From NCBI GenBank assembly GCA_963772625.1, contig CAVYXT010000017.1, positions 5,079-69,078 on the forward strand: 64,000 nucleotides of DNA, written 5' to 3'. Each line of letters opens with the position of its first letter. The first letter of the stretch is position 1. Made by a program: the position numbers and the translations under genes. Shown one piece after another: positions 20,636 through 33,550 of the stretch. The DNA comes from an uncultured Actinomycetota bacterium. GTDB taxonomy: Bacteria; Actinomycetota; Actinomycetes; Actinomycetales; Microbacteriaceae. The notes below the pieces were generated by a model. That model did not search any database. It was given only the letters and a program-made list of their open reading frames with translations, and was not told the origin of the DNA.

Positions 20636-22168
20636 TCAGGCGACACCTCCCCGGACGGCCGCCGGCAGCGCGGGGGCACGGTCCAGCAGCGGCGCGCCCC
20701 ATGAGTCGAGGAGCAGCGCTTCGAGTGCCGCGCCGACCCGGTACAGAGTCGCGTCCTGGCGCGCGGCAGCCAGGAATTGGATGCCCACTGGCAGGCCGTC
20801 CTCCTCGGCCAGTCCGGATGGGATCGAAATCCCCGGCACGCCGGCGAGGTTCGCCGGGATCGTCGTGACGTCGTTCAGGTACATCTGCATGGGATCGTCG
20901 ATCTTCTCGCCCAGACGGAACGCCGTCGTCGGCGCGGACGGGGTCGCGATGACGTCGACCCGCGCGAACGCGGCGTCGAAGTCGCGCTGGATGAGCGTGC
21001 GCACCTTCTGCGCCGAGCCGTAGTACGCGTCGTAGTACCCGGCCGACAGGGCATAGGTGCCGAGGATGATGCGGCGCTTCACCTCGTCGCCGAAACCGGC
21101 CTCGCGCGTCGCCGCCATGACATCCTCCACGGTGGCGCTGCCCGAGGGTGTCACCCGCATGCCGAAACGCACGGAGTCGAACTTCGCCAGGTTGCTGGAT
21201 GCCTCGGCCGGGAGGATCAGGTAGTACGCCGCGACACCGAACTCGAAGTGAGGTGCGCTGATCTCGACGATCTCGGCGCCCTGCGCCTCCATGGCGGCCA
21301 GAGCGGACCGGAACGAGGCCGAGACGCCGGACTGGAAGCCGGAGTCGGGCAGCTCCCGGATCACTCCGACGCGGAGTCCGCGCAGCACGTCGCCGCGCGC
21401 CCCCTCGCGCGCGGCATCCGCGAAGGACGGCCACACGTCGGTGAGCGACGTCGAATCGTTCGGGTCGTGGCCGCCGACCACGTCGTGCAGGAGACCCGCA
21501 TCCAGGACGGTGCGCGTGACTGGCCCGACCTGGTCGAGGCTCGACGCCAGCGCGATGGCGCCATAGCGGCTGACGCCGCCGTAGGTGGGCTTCAAGCCGA
21601 CTGTGCCCGTGACGTGCGCGGGCTGGCGGATGGATCCGCCCGTATCGGAGCCGAGCGCGAGCGGCGCCTCGAAGGCGGCGACCGCTGCGGCTGAGCCGCC
21701 GCCTGATCCGCCCGGGATCCGGTCGAGATCCCACGGGTTGTGCGTGGCTCCGTACGCCGAGTGCTCGGTCGAGGAGCCCATCGCGAACTCGTCCATGTTC
21801 GTCTTGCCGAGCGGCACCAGGCCCGCGGTGCGGGCGCGGGCCACGACGGTCGCGTCGAACGGCGACAGGTAGCCCTCGAGGATCCGCGACCCGCTGGTGG
21901 AGGGCATGTCGGTCGTGACCAGCACGTCCTTGATCGCGAGCGGAACTCCCGCGACGGGACCGAGTGCCTCGCCCGCCGCCCGGCGCCGGTCGATGTCGGC
22001 GGCGACATCGAGCGCGTGATCGCTCACGTGCAGGAAGGCATGGATGTCGCCGTCGACCGCGGCGATCCGGTCGAGATGAGCCTGGGTGGCCTCGACGCTG
22101 GAGACCTCACCAGATGACAGCTTCGAGGCGAGATCGGCGGCGGACAGACGGATCAAGTCCGCGCTCAC
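20636..22168 (-). CDS. gatA: Asp/Glu-tRNA amidotransferase subunit A
   Basis: Amidase signature [13 protein letters not shown]...PGGSGGGS...[11 protein letters not shown]. Confidence 0.97.
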   Translation of the reverse strand: MSADLIRLSAADLASKLSSGEVSSVEATQAHLDRIAAVDGDIHAFLHVSDHALDVAADIDRRRAAGEALGPVAGVPLAIKDVLVTTDMPSTSGSRILEGYLSPFDATVVARARTAGLVPLGKTNMDEFAMGSSTEHSAYGATHNPWDLDRIPGGSGGGSAAAVAAFEAPLALGSDTGGSIRQPAHVTGTVGLKPTYGGVSRYGAIALASSLDQVGPVTRTVLDAGLLHDVVGGHDPNDSTSLTDVWPSFADAAREGARGDVLRGLRVGVIRELPDSGFQSGVSASFRSALAAMEAQGAEIVEISAPHFEFGVAAYYLILPAEASSNLAKFDSVRFGMRVTPSGSATVEDVMAATREAGFGDEVKRRIILGTYALSAGYYDAYYGSAQKVRTLIQRDFDAAFARVDVIATPSAPTTAFRLGEKIDDPMQMYLNDVTTIPANLAGVPGISIPSGLAEEDGLPVGIQFLAAARQDATLYRVGAALEALLLDSWGAPLLDRAPALPAAVRGGVA

Positions 22169-22464
22169 TGCTCCTCCCCCAGAATCGCGGTCACGCGGAA
22201 CCTGCCGTCGGCGGCGTCCGGGGCGTTCTGCAGCGCCTGGGCGAGCGTCAGCGTCTGACCGACCTCGTCGGCGCGGTAGACGTTCTGAAGCGGGATCGGG
22301 TGGCTCGTCGCCGGCACCTCGGGGGTCGCCACCTGCGACACCTTCGCGATGTTGTCGACGATCACGTCGAGCTGCCCGGTGAGGCGCTCGACCTCCTCGT
22401 CGCTCAGCTGGATCCTGGCGAGCACACCGAGATGGCGCACGAGATCGGGGGTGATTTCAGACAC
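22165..22464 (-). CDS. gatC: Asp/Glu-tRNA amidotransferase subunit C
   Basis: [17 protein letters not shown]...ATSHP...NAPD...FRVTAILGE; first gene of gatCAB. Confidence 0.95.
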   Translation of the reverse strand: MSEITPDLVRHLGVLARIQLSDEEVERLTGQLDVIVDNIAKVSQVATPEVPATSHPIPLQNVYRADEVGQTLTLAQALQNAPDAADGRFRVTAILGEEQ

Positions 22465-22525
22465 TCGCCAAGTCTAGGCGGTCCGCAATCTGAGGCTTGC
22501 GGGGAGCCAGGCCTAGGCTGATCGG

Positions 22526-24226
22526 GTGACGACGTTCGAGCCTCCCCGCCCCTGGATCGCCAGCTATGCCGCGGGGGTGCCGGAAGACCTGGCCCCCGTC
22601 ACCGGATCGCTGGTCGACATCGTCCAGGCGTCAGCTCGGGACTACCCCGACGCCCCTGCCCTGCAGTTCTTCGGCCGCACGACCTCCTACCGAGAACTCA
22701 ACTACGCGATCGACCGCGCGGCCGCCGGTCTGCGCGATCAGGGAGTGCGGGCAGGCGACCCTGTGGCCATCGTGCTGCCCAACTGCCCGCAGCACATCGT
22801 GGCGTTCTACGCGATCCTCCGGCTCGGTGCCGTCGTGATCGAGCACAACCCGCTGTACACCCCGCGCGAGCTGCGCAAGCAGTTCGAGGACCACGGCGCC
22901 ACGCACGCGATCGTCTGGACCAAGGTGGTCTCGACCCTTCAGGAGTTCCCCGCCGACCTCGCGGTCACCTCCCTGGTCTCGGTGGATATCACCCAGGCGA
23001 TGACCCTGCGCACCCGGCTGGCGCTGAAACTGCCGCTCGCGCGGGCGCGCGAGGCGCGCACGGCCCTGCACGAACGGGTGAGCGGCACGGTGTCGTGGGA
23101 GTCCATCGTGAAGACCGCTCCTCTCCCGGTGTCGCATCCGAAGCCCGTCACTGACGACCTCGCTCTCATCCAGTACACGAGTGGGACGACCGGCTCCCCG
23201 AAGGGCGCCTCGCTGACGCACCGCAATCTCCTCTCCAACGCCGCGCAGGCGCGCGCATGGGTCCCCTCGATCGTCCGAGGCGACGGCTGCGTGGTCTTTG
23301 CGGTGCTCCCGATGTTCCACGCCTACGGGCTCACGCTGTGCCTGACCTTCGCCATGTCGATGGGGGCGCGACTTGTGCTGTTCCCGCGCTTCGACCCCGA
23401 CATGGTGCTCGAGGTCACCCGCAAGCACCCGGCGACCTTCCTCCCGCTCGTGCCGCCGATCGCGGACCGCCTCCTGAAGGCGGCGCGCGAGAAGGGCGTG
23501 TCGCTCGAGGGCACGCAGGTCGCGATCTCCGGAGCGATGGCGCTTCCGCACGAGCTGGTCGTCCCGTTCGAAGCCGCATCGGGCGGCTACCTCGTCGAGG
23601 GATACGGACTCAGCGAATGCTCGCCGGTGCTGATGGCCAATCCTGTCGCCGACAACCGCGTCCCGGGCACGGTCGGACTGCCTCTGCCCGGCACGGAGCT
23701 GCGCGTCGTCGACCCGGACGACCCGACGACGGATGTCGCGCCCGGCACGCGCGGCGAGCTGGTCGTGCGCGGCCCGCAGGTGTTCAGCGGCTACTACGGC
23801 AAGCCCGAAGAGACCGAGAAGGTCTTCGTCGACGGATGGTTCCGCACCGGCGACATCGTGACGGTGGACGAGGCGGGCTTCGTGCGGATCATCGACCGCA
23901 TCAAGGAGCTCATCATCACAGGAGGTTTCAACGTCGCGCCGACCGAGGTCGAGATCGCACTGCGCCAACATCCGCAGGTCGAGGACGCCGCGGTCGTCGG
24001 CCTGCCCAGCGCACAGTCCGGCGAGGAGGTCGTTGCGGCGATCGTCGTCGCCCCGGGTGCCGACATCGACCTGGAGTCGGTCCGCGAGTTCGCCCGCGGC
24101 ATCCTCACCCCGTACAAGGTTCCGCGGCGCATCTTCGTCGTCGACGAGCTGCCGAAGTCCCTCATCGGCAAGGTACTGCGGCGCCAGGTGCGCGACAGTC
24201 TGCTGGAACCGACGACAGGCGGGTGA
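22526..24226 (+). CDS. Long-chain fatty-acid--CoA ligase (AMP-binding)
   Basis: YTSGTTGSPKG, EGYGLSE, WFRTGD, DRIKELIITGGFNV and PKSLIGK motifs. Confidence 0.92.
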   Translation: MTTFEPPRPWIASYAAGVPEDLAPVTGSLVDIVQASARDYPDAPALQFFGRTTSYRELNYAIDRAAAGLRDQGVRAGDPVAIVLPNCPQHIVAFYAILRLGAVVIEHNPLYTPRELRKQFEDHGATHAIVWTKVVSTLQEFPADLAVTSLVSVDITQAMTLRTRLALKLPLARAREARTALHERVSGTVSWESIVKTAPLPVSHPKPVTDDLALIQYTSGTTGSPKGASLTHRNLLSNAAQARAWVPSIVRGDGCVVFAVLPMFHAYGLTLCLTFAMSMGARLVLFPRFDPDMVLEVTRKHPATFLPLVPPIADRLLKAAREKGVSLEGTQVAISGAMALPHELVVPFEAASGGYLVEGYGLSECSPVLMANPVADNRVPGTVGLPLPGTELRVVDPDDPTTDVAPGTRGELVVRGPQVFSGYYGKPEETEKVFVDGWFRTGDIVTVDEAGFVRIIDRIKELIITGGFNVAPTEVEIALRQHPQVEDAAVVGLPSAQSGEEVVAAIVVAPGADIDLESVREFARGILTPYKVPRRIFVVDELPKSLIGKVLRRQVRDSLLEPTTGG

Positions 24227-24244
24227 CTCCCGCCGCTTTCGAGC

Positions 24245-24552
24245 TCAGTCGGCGAGACCGTCGCGTGCCACCGCGACCGAATAGGGATACAACGTGGCGC
24301 TCATGACACCCGCCGCAACGGCCGGATCGGTCTCCATGACCGCGCGGGCGGAGGCCTCATCGGGTGCCTCGAAGATCGTGATGCCCCACGTCCCCTCTTC
24401 CACCTGCGTGCGACCGGCGAGGATGAGGATGCCCGCCTCCTTCAGCGCGACCAGGTAGCCGAAGTGCTCGGCAACGATCGCGGACTCTTCATCGGTCGCG
24501 GCGGCGACCATCTCAGGCCGCGTCGGGACGATCCGGTACACCCACTGCGCCA

Positions 24553-24553
<1 letters not shown>
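24245..24553 (-). CDS. YciI-family protein
   Basis: AEHFGYLVAL...LAGRT...IFEAPDEASARAVMETDP; start overlaps the ligA stop. Confidence 0.8.
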
Positions 24554-26919
<2,366 letters not shown>

Positions 26920-28020
26920 TCATGCGCCGACCGGTACAGCAGAGACGGTGCGGTCGATCGTGAACTGCCCGAGCACGCGGGTGCCGTCGTAGAGGACGGC
27001 TGTCTGGCCGGGCGCGACGCCGTCCAGCGGGGAATCCGGCGTCACCGTGACCACGCCCGCGCCCACGATCGCGCGCGCCGGCACCGGGTCGGCGTGCGCG
27101 CGGATCTGGACGTGGCACGGGAATTCGGAGGACACCGGCGCCGCGCCCGCCCACGTGTACTTCTGCCCGGCGATCTCCGCGGTCGCGAGCGCCTCCTTCG
27201 GGCCGACGACCACCGTGTTGGAGACGGGACGCACTTCCAGCACGAAGCGGGGCTTGCCATCGGGTGCGGGCACGCCGAGCGCCAGGCCGCGCCGCTGGCC
27301 GACCGTGAACGCGTGCGCACCCTCGTGCGAGCCCACGACCGCGCCGGAGCGGTCGATGATCTCGCCCCGTTCGGCGCCGACGCGGTCGGCGAGCCAGCCG
27401 CGCGTGTCGCCGTCCGGGATGAAGCAGATGTCGTGGCTGTCGGGTTTGTGGGCCACGGTCAGTCCACGCGCCTCCGCCTCGGCCCGCACGAGCGCCTTGG
27501 ACGGGGTATCGCCGAGCGGGAAGAGCGTGTGCGTCAGCTGCTGAGCGGTGAGCACCCCGAGGACATACGACTGATCCTTCGCGGCGTCGCTCGCGCGGTG
27601 CAGTTCCGGCTCGCCGGACGGTCCCTCGCGCAGGATCGCGTAGTGACCCGTGCAGACGGCATCGAACCCGAGGTCGAGGGCCTTCTCGAGCACCGCGGCG
27701 AACTTGATCCGCTCGTTGCAGCGCATGCACGGGTTGGGCGTGCGGCCGGCGCTGTACTCCGCTACGAAGTCCTCGATCACGTCGTCGCGGAACCGCTCGG
27801 AGAAGTCCCACACGTAGAACGGGATGCCGAGCCGGTCGGCGGCGCGACGGGCGTCCATCGCGTCCTCTATCGTGCAGCATCCGCGGCTGCCGGCCCGGAG
27901 AGTCCCACCCGCACGGGAGAGAGCCAGGTGCACGCCGACCACGTCGTGGCCGGCGTCCACGGCGCGCGCAGCGGCGACGGCGGAGTCCACCCCGCCACTC
28001 ATCGCCGCCAGCACACGCAT
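26920..28020 (-). CDS. mnmA: tRNA 2-thiouridine(34) synthase
   Basis: [41 protein letters not shown] and PGQTAVLY motifs. Confidence 0.96.
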   Translation of the reverse strand: MRVLAAMSGGVDSAVAAARAVDAGHDVVGVHLALSRAGGTLRAGSRGCCTIEDAMDARRAADRLGIPFYVWDFSERFRDDVIEDFVAEYSAGRTPNPCMRCNERIKFAAVLEKALDLGFDAVCTGHYAILREGPSGEPELHRASDAAKDQSYVLGVLTAQQLTHTLFPLGDTPSKALVRAEAEARGLTVAHKPDSHDICFIPDGDTRGWLADRVGAERGEIIDRSGAVVGSHEGAHAFTVGQRRGLALGVPAPDGKPRFVLEVRPVSNTVVVGPKEALATAEIAGQKYTWAGAAPVSSEFPCHVQIRAHADPVPARAIVGAGVVTVTPDSPLDGVAPGQTAVLYDGTRVLGQFTIDRTVSAVPVGA

Positions 28021-28044
28021 GCGAAGAGTCTACGAGCGTGCGGC

Positions 28045-29259
28045 TCAGCCGAGCCTGGGAGCGCCCACGCGGCGCGACGAGAGACCGGCCGTGCGCGCCC
28101 GCTCGTACGCTGGGGGCAGAGCCGCGATCGCCACGTCGACATCGGCATCGCTGGTCGTGCGGCCGATCGTGATGCGCAGCGCGCTGCGGGCCGCGTCGTC
28201 GCCCAGCCCCATCGCGCGAACCACATGCGACGGCTCCGGGACCCCGGCCTGGCACGCCGAGCCCGTCGACACCGCGATGCCCGCGCCGTCCAGCAGCAGC
28301 AGCAGCGAGTCGCCCTGCGCGCCCGGGAACACCGCATGCAGATGGCCGGGAAGGCGCTCGGCACCCGCCGCCGAGACGCGCATCTCCGGTATCCGGTCAC
28401 GCAGGCCGGCTTCGAGCCGATCACGCATCGCACTGATCCGTGCCGCCTCGTTCGCGAGCTCCGAGACCGCGAGCTCGGCGGCGGTCGCGAACGCCGCCGC
28501 ACCCGCGGCATCCTGCGTGCCCGCCCGGAGGCCCCGTTGCTGTCCCCCGCCGTGCAGGAGCGGCTCGACCCGCGCCTCCCGGGCGACGACGAGCGCGCCG
28601 ACGCCGACCGGTCCGCCGAGCTTGTGGGCTGCGACGCTGAGCGCAACCAGACCGGCGCTGCCCGAGCCGGAGTCCCGGCGCAGCCCGCGAAAGGACAGCG
28701 GAACGTGGCCGAAGGCGCCGACGGCATCCACGTGCAGCGGCACGTCGGCACGCGCGCACGCCGCGGATGCCTCGACGAGCGGCTGCAGGGTGCCCACTTC
28801 GTTGTTGGCCGCGAGCAGGGTCGCCGCAGCGGCGTCGCCGCCCCCGACGGCGGCATCCCACGCATCGAGGTCCACCCGCGCGTCCCGGTCCACCGAGACC
28901 CACTCGAGCTCGGCGACCTCGTGGGCGTGCAGCCAGGTCAGCGTGTCGAGCGTCGCGTGATGCTCCGCCGACGGGGCGACGATCGCGACGCGCCCCGTCG
29001 ATTCCCGACGAGCACGGTAGAGCCCGGTGATCCCGAGGTTCACCGACTCCGTGCCGCCGGACGTGAACACGACCTCGACCGGATCGCAGTCCAGCGCCGC
29101 GGCGAGCCGCTCACGCGAGTCCTCGAGCACCCGCCGGGCGGACTGACCCGCGGTGTGGATCGAGGATGCGTTGCCGACCGCCTCGGTCGCGACCAGCCAC
29201 GCGTCTCGCGCCTCCGCCCTCAGGGGTGTGGACGCGGCGTGGTCGAGGTAGACGACCAT
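28045..29259 (-). CDS. Cysteine desulfurase (IscS-like)
   Basis: YLDHAASTP, FTSGGTES, AAHKLGGP (PLP Lys) and STGSACQAG (catalytic Cys); adjacent to mnmA. Confidence 0.92.
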   Translation of the reverse strand: MVVYLDHAASTPLRAEARDAWLVATEAVGNASSIHTAGQSARRVLEDSRERLAAALDCDPVEVVFTSGGTESVNLGITGLYRARRESTGRVAIVAPSAEHHATLDTLTWLHAHEVAELEWVSVDRDARVDLDAWDAAVGGGDAAAATLLAANNEVGTLQPLVEASAACARADVPLHVDAVGAFGHVPLSFRGLRRDSGSGSAGLVALSVAAHKLGGPVGVGALVVAREARVEPLLHGGGQQRGLRAGTQDAAGAAAFATAAELAVSELANEAARISAMRDRLEAGLRDRIPEMRVSAAGAERLPGHLHAVFPGAQGDSLLLLLDGAGIAVSTGSACQAGVPEPSHVVRAMGLGDDAARSALRITIGRTTSDADVDVAIAALPPAYERARTAGLSSRRVGAPRLG

Positions 29260-29314
29260 GCTTGTCCCCCGCTCGAGTAACCTGCCGGACCACGGCATTA
29301 CTACTGTAGAGCGC

Positions 29315-31403
29315 ATGGTTTCGTCCGACTCCCTCGCCGCGATCGTCGCGCGCGCGGGGCTGCTCAGTTCCGACCTCGACGACCTCGGGGTCACGTTGGG
29401 GCCGGAGGGCGGAACGCTGCGCGTCTGGTCGGGCTCGCGCCGGCGGGGTAGAGCTCGTGGTCTTCGACGACAGCGACCTCGACTGGATCACCGACACCAT
29501 CCCCCTTCAGCCGGTCGGCGGGGATGTGTGGAGCATCACCACGCCGCTCCTGCGCGCCGGCACCCGCTACTCCATCCGCGTAGACGGACCGCACGGGACC
29601 GGCAACACCTTCAACAGCGGCACCCTGCTGGTCGAGCCGTACTCCAAGGGCCTGGTCAGCGGGGGGTTCGAGGACTGGCGCTCCGTGGTCGTCGACGGAG
29701 GATTCGACTGGGGCGGGGTTTCCAAGCCCGACGTGCCGCTGGATCGCACGGTCATCTACGAAGGCCATGTCAAAGGAATGTCCAAGCGGCATCCGCTCGT
29801 GCCTCCTGCGCTGCACGGAACCTACGCGGGTCTCGCGCACCCCGCCATGATCGAGCATTTCCTCCGGCTCGGCGTCACCAGCATCGAGCTCCTTCCGGTC
29901 CACGCGTTCGCGACCGAGCCGCGCCTGCTCCAGCACGGGCTCACGAACTACTGGGGCTACAACACCCTCAACTTCTTCACCCCGCACGGCGCCTACGCGA
30001 CCGAGGCCAACCGCCGGCACGGCCCCGAGGCGATCCTGCGCGAGTTCAAGGGAATGGTGAAGCTGCTCCACGCGGCCGGCCTCGAGGTGATCCTCGACGT
30101 CGTCTACAACCACACTGCGGAGGAGGCCCTGGGCGGTCCGCGCACGAGCCTGCGCGGCATCGACAACCGCTCGTACTACCGCCAGCACGACAACGGCGAG
30201 TACATCGACGTGACCGGCTGCGGCAACTCGGTCAACACGACGACGGATGCCGCGGCGCGCCTGGTCCTCGATTCTCTCCGGTACTGGGCGAACGACGTGC
30301 AGATCGACGGCTTCCGCTTCGACCTCGCCGCGACGCTCGGACGGGATGCCGCGCACCGGTTCACGCCCGACCACCCGCTGCTGCGCGCGATCATCGACGA
30401 CCCAGCGCTCGCGGGCGTCAAGAAGATCGCCGAGCCATGGGATGTGGGTATGGGCGGCTGGCAGACCGGCAACTTCGGCGACGGCTGGCTCGAGTGGAAC
30501 GACCGCTACCGCGATCGCGTCCGCAACTTCTGGCTGAGCGACGTCGACTACGCGCGCCGCGCATCGACGGCACCGGTCGGCATCGGCGGTTTCGCGACCC
30601 GTCTCTCGGGCTCCTCGAACACGTTCGACGTCGAGCGGGGACCGCTGGCGAGCGTCAACTTCGTCACCGCACACGACGGGTTCACGCTGCGCGATCTGGT
30701 CTCCTACGACGTCAAGCACAATGTCGGCAACGGTGAGCAGAACCGCGACGGCGCCGACACCAACCGCTCGTTCAACCACGGCGCCGAGGGTCCCACCGCG
30801 GACGAGGGGATCCTGGCCACTCGGCGCAAGGCGATGCGCAACCTGCTCGGCACCCTTCTGCTGTCAGCGGGCGTCCCGATGCTCACCGCCGGCGACGAGT
30901 TCGCCCGCACGCAGCGCGGCAACAACAACGCCTACTGCCACGACTCCCCCCTCACCTGGATGCCCTGGCAGCACGCACCGTGGCAGGAGGATCTGTTCGC
31001 GCACGTGCAGCGCCTGATCCAGCTGCGTCGTGAGAACCCCGCACTGCGTCCGATCCGGTTCGCCAAGCTCGACCAGCGCACCCCCTCGGCCTCGGTCATG
31101 CAGTGGTACGACCAGAACGGCGAGACCATGCTGATCGATCAGTGGACCGACCCGGCGAACCGCACGATGCAGTACGTGGCAGCATCCACACCCGAGCGCG
31201 AGGAGTTCAATCGGATCCTCCTCATGGTGCACGGCAACGAGCAGCCGGTCGACGTCACGCTCCCGGCGATCGAAGGGGTCTCGACGTTCGTGTCGCTGTG
31301 GTCGAGCGCAGACGAGTCGCCCGATCTCGCCGCTGTGCAATTCCGCCCGGGAGACGTCGTCCCGCTCGTCGGAACCTCGATGCGACTGTTCCGCGCACGG
31401 TAG
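29315..31403 (+). pseudogene. glgX: Glycogen debranching enzyme GlgX, +1 frameshift near 29438
   Basis: GH13 motifs NYWGYNT, DVVYNHT, DGFRFDLA, IAEPWD and FVTAHDGF. The N-terminal 41 codons are in another frame. TACTGT lies 7 nt before ATG 29315. Span is 2089 nt = 696 codons + 1. Confidence 0.9.
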
Positions 31404-31465
31404 GCCACGGCGATCCGGCGCGCCATACTCTGTCCTCTCGGCGGGGTGCGCGGTAGGTTCGAGAC

Positions 31466-33550
31466 GTGGCCACGACGACGCGCTCCGCGCGCACCTCCCC
31501 CTGGCGCAGCGCCTCTCCGATCCCGGTCCGAGCGATAGCCGATGCGCAGTCCGAACGCACGACGACGACCCCGCGCATCCCGCTCGCGCTGCCCTCGCCC
31601 TCCGTTCCGGATGGGAAGTTCCGGCCCAGCGCGTTCGCCGGAGAAGTCGTCCCCTTCCGCACGACCTCGTTCCGCGAAGGTCACGACCGCATCGGCGTGC
31701 ATGTGCGGCTCTTCTCCCCCTCGGGCGACGAATCGCTTCACCGGCTGCATCCGCTCAACGACGGGTTCGACCGCTGGGAGACCGTGATCGCGCCCCTCGA
31801 GGAGGGTGTGTGGCGGTTTCGGTTCGAGGCATTCGCCGATGACTTCGCCACGTGGGAGCATGCGGCGGATCTGAAGATCGCTGCCGGCGTCGACGTCCCG
31901 GTCATGCGCGAACTCGGCGCCCTGCTGTTCGATCGCGCGGTCGCCGACAAGTCGCGACCGGCCGCGGAACGGCGGCAGCTGCAGAACGCCGCAAAGACGC
32001 TGCGCGATCCCGGTGCGAGCGACGAGGCCGTGCTCGAGATCGTGCACGATCCGGCGATCGCGGCGTTCTTCGCCGCGCGGCCCGTGGCCTCGCTCGAGAC
32101 CGTCGGCCCGAGCCTCGAACTGCTCGTGGAGCGCGAGCGAGCCGGCGTCGGCGCGTGGTACGAGTTCTTCCCTCGCTCCGAGGGAGCGCGCCGGTTGAAG
32201 GACGGCACGATCAAGAGCGGCACCTTCCGCTCGGCCATCCGCAGGGTGCCCGGCGTGGCCGCGATGGGCTTCGACGTGCTCTACCTCCCACCCATCCATC
32301 CCATCGGCCGGCTGAACCGCAAGGGGCGCAACAACACCCTCGACCCGCAGGCCGGAGATCCCGGATCGCCGTGGGCGATCGGCGCGGAGGAGGGTGGACA
32401 CGACACGGTCCACCCCGACCTGGGAACGCTCGCCGACTTCCGCGCGTTCGTCCGCGCCGCCCGCGCCGAAGGGCTCGAGGTCGCTCTCGATTTCGCTCTC
32501 CAGGCGGCGCCCGATCATCCGTGGGTCGCGGCGCATCCGGAGTGGTTCACGACCCTGCCGGACGGCAGCATCGCGTACGCCGAGAACCCTCCCAAGAAGT
32601 ACCAGGACATCTACCCGATCAATTTCGACAACGATCCGGAAGGCATCCGGAACGAGGCTCTGCGCGTGCTCCGGCACTGGATCGCGCAAGGGGTCAAGAT
32701 CTTCCGGGTGGACAACCCGCACACCAAGCCGCTCCAGTTCTGGGAGTGGCTGATCGCGACAGTGTCGGCGGATCATCCGGACGTCGTCTTCCTCGCGGAG
32801 GCCTTCACGCGTCCCGCCCCACTGCAGGGCCTCGCGCTGGCCGGGTTCCAGCAGAGCTACACGTACTTCACGTGGCGCAACACGAAGCTCGAACTCGAAG
32901 AGTTCCTCACCGGCCTCGCCCGTGACACTGCGGATTACCTGCGGCCGAACCTCTTCGTGAACACGCCCGACATCCTCACCGAGTACCTGCAGTTCGGCGG
33001 GCGGCCGGCCTACAAGATCCGTGCCGCGCTCGCTGCGACCGGGGCGCCCACCTACGGCGTGTACGCGGGGTACGAGCTGTTCGAGAACGTCGCGCGTCCC
33101 GGCTCGGAAGAGAACATCGACAACGAGAAGTACGAGTACAAGCTGAGGGACTGGGCGGATGCCGAGGCCCGCGGCGCATCGCTCGCGCCCTACCTCACCC
33201 GGTTGAACGAGATTCGGCGGCAGCACCCCGCGCTCGGACAGCTGCGCAACCTGAGCGTGCACTGGAGCGACGACGACGCGATCCTCGTCTTCTCGAAGCG
33301 GATCCCCGGCGAGCTCTCCCCGACCGGCCGTTCGGACACGATCCTGGTCGTCGCGAACGTCGATCCGCATTCGGTGCGCCAGACGATGGTCCATCTCGAC
33401 ACCCGCGTATGGGGCGTCGAACCGGGCGAGCCGTTCGAGGTGGAGGATCTCGTCACCGGTGAGCAATGGACCTGGTCCGACCACAACTTCGTCAAACTCG
33501 ACGCCTTCACCGAACCGGTCCACATTCTGCACGTGAAGGAGTCCTCATGA
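31466..33550 (+). CDS. glgE: Alpha-1,4-glucan:maltose-1-phosphate maltosyltransferase
   Basis: WYEFFPRS, YLPPIHPIG, YAENPPKKYQDIYP, FRVDNPHTKP and FLAEAFTRP motifs. Confidence 0.96.
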   Translation: MATTTRSARTSPWRSASPIPVRAIADAQSERTTTTPRIPLALPSPSVPDGKFRPSAFAGEVVPFRTTSFREGHDRIGVHVRLFSPSGDESLHRLHPLNDGFDRWETVIAPLEEGVWRFRFEAFADDFATWEHAADLKIAAGVDVPVMRELGALLFDRAVADKSRPAAERRQLQNAAKTLRDPGASDEAVLEIVHDPAIAAFFAARPVASLETVGPSLELLVERERAGVGAWYEFFPRSEGARRLKDGTIKSGTFRSAIRRVPGVAAMGFDVLYLPPIHPIGRLNRKGRNNTLDPQAGDPGSPWAIGAEEGGHDTVHPDLGTLADFRAFVRAARAEGLEVALDFALQAAPDHPWVAAHPEWFTTLPDGSIAYAENPPKKYQDIYPINFDNDPEGIRNEALRVLRHWIAQGVKIFRVDNPHTKPLQFWEWLIATVSADHPDVVFLAEAFTRPAPLQGLALAGFQQSYTYFTWRNTKLELEEFLTGLARDTADYLRPNLFVNTPDILTEYLQFGGRPAYKIRAALAATGAPTYGVYAGYELFENVARPGSEENIDNEKYEYKLRDWADAEARGASLAPYLTRLNEIRRQHPALGQLRNLSVHWSDDDAILVFSKRIPGELSPTGRSDTILVVANVDPHSVRQTMVHLDTRVWGVEPGEPFEVEDLVTGEQWTWSDHNFVKLDAFTEPVHILHVKESS

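Noticed and set aside
22171-22182. CTCCTCCCCCAG resembling the shared box
   Set aside because: It lies in the 3' end of gatC, where its complement GGAGGAG is the gatA SD; it has an extra C and no matching -10 spacing.
31139-33532. 797-aa minus ORF and similar long antisense ORFs (8788..10713, 29391..30779, 4984..7110, 59384..61528)
   Set aside because: These are antisense shadows of real genes, expected at 70% GC.
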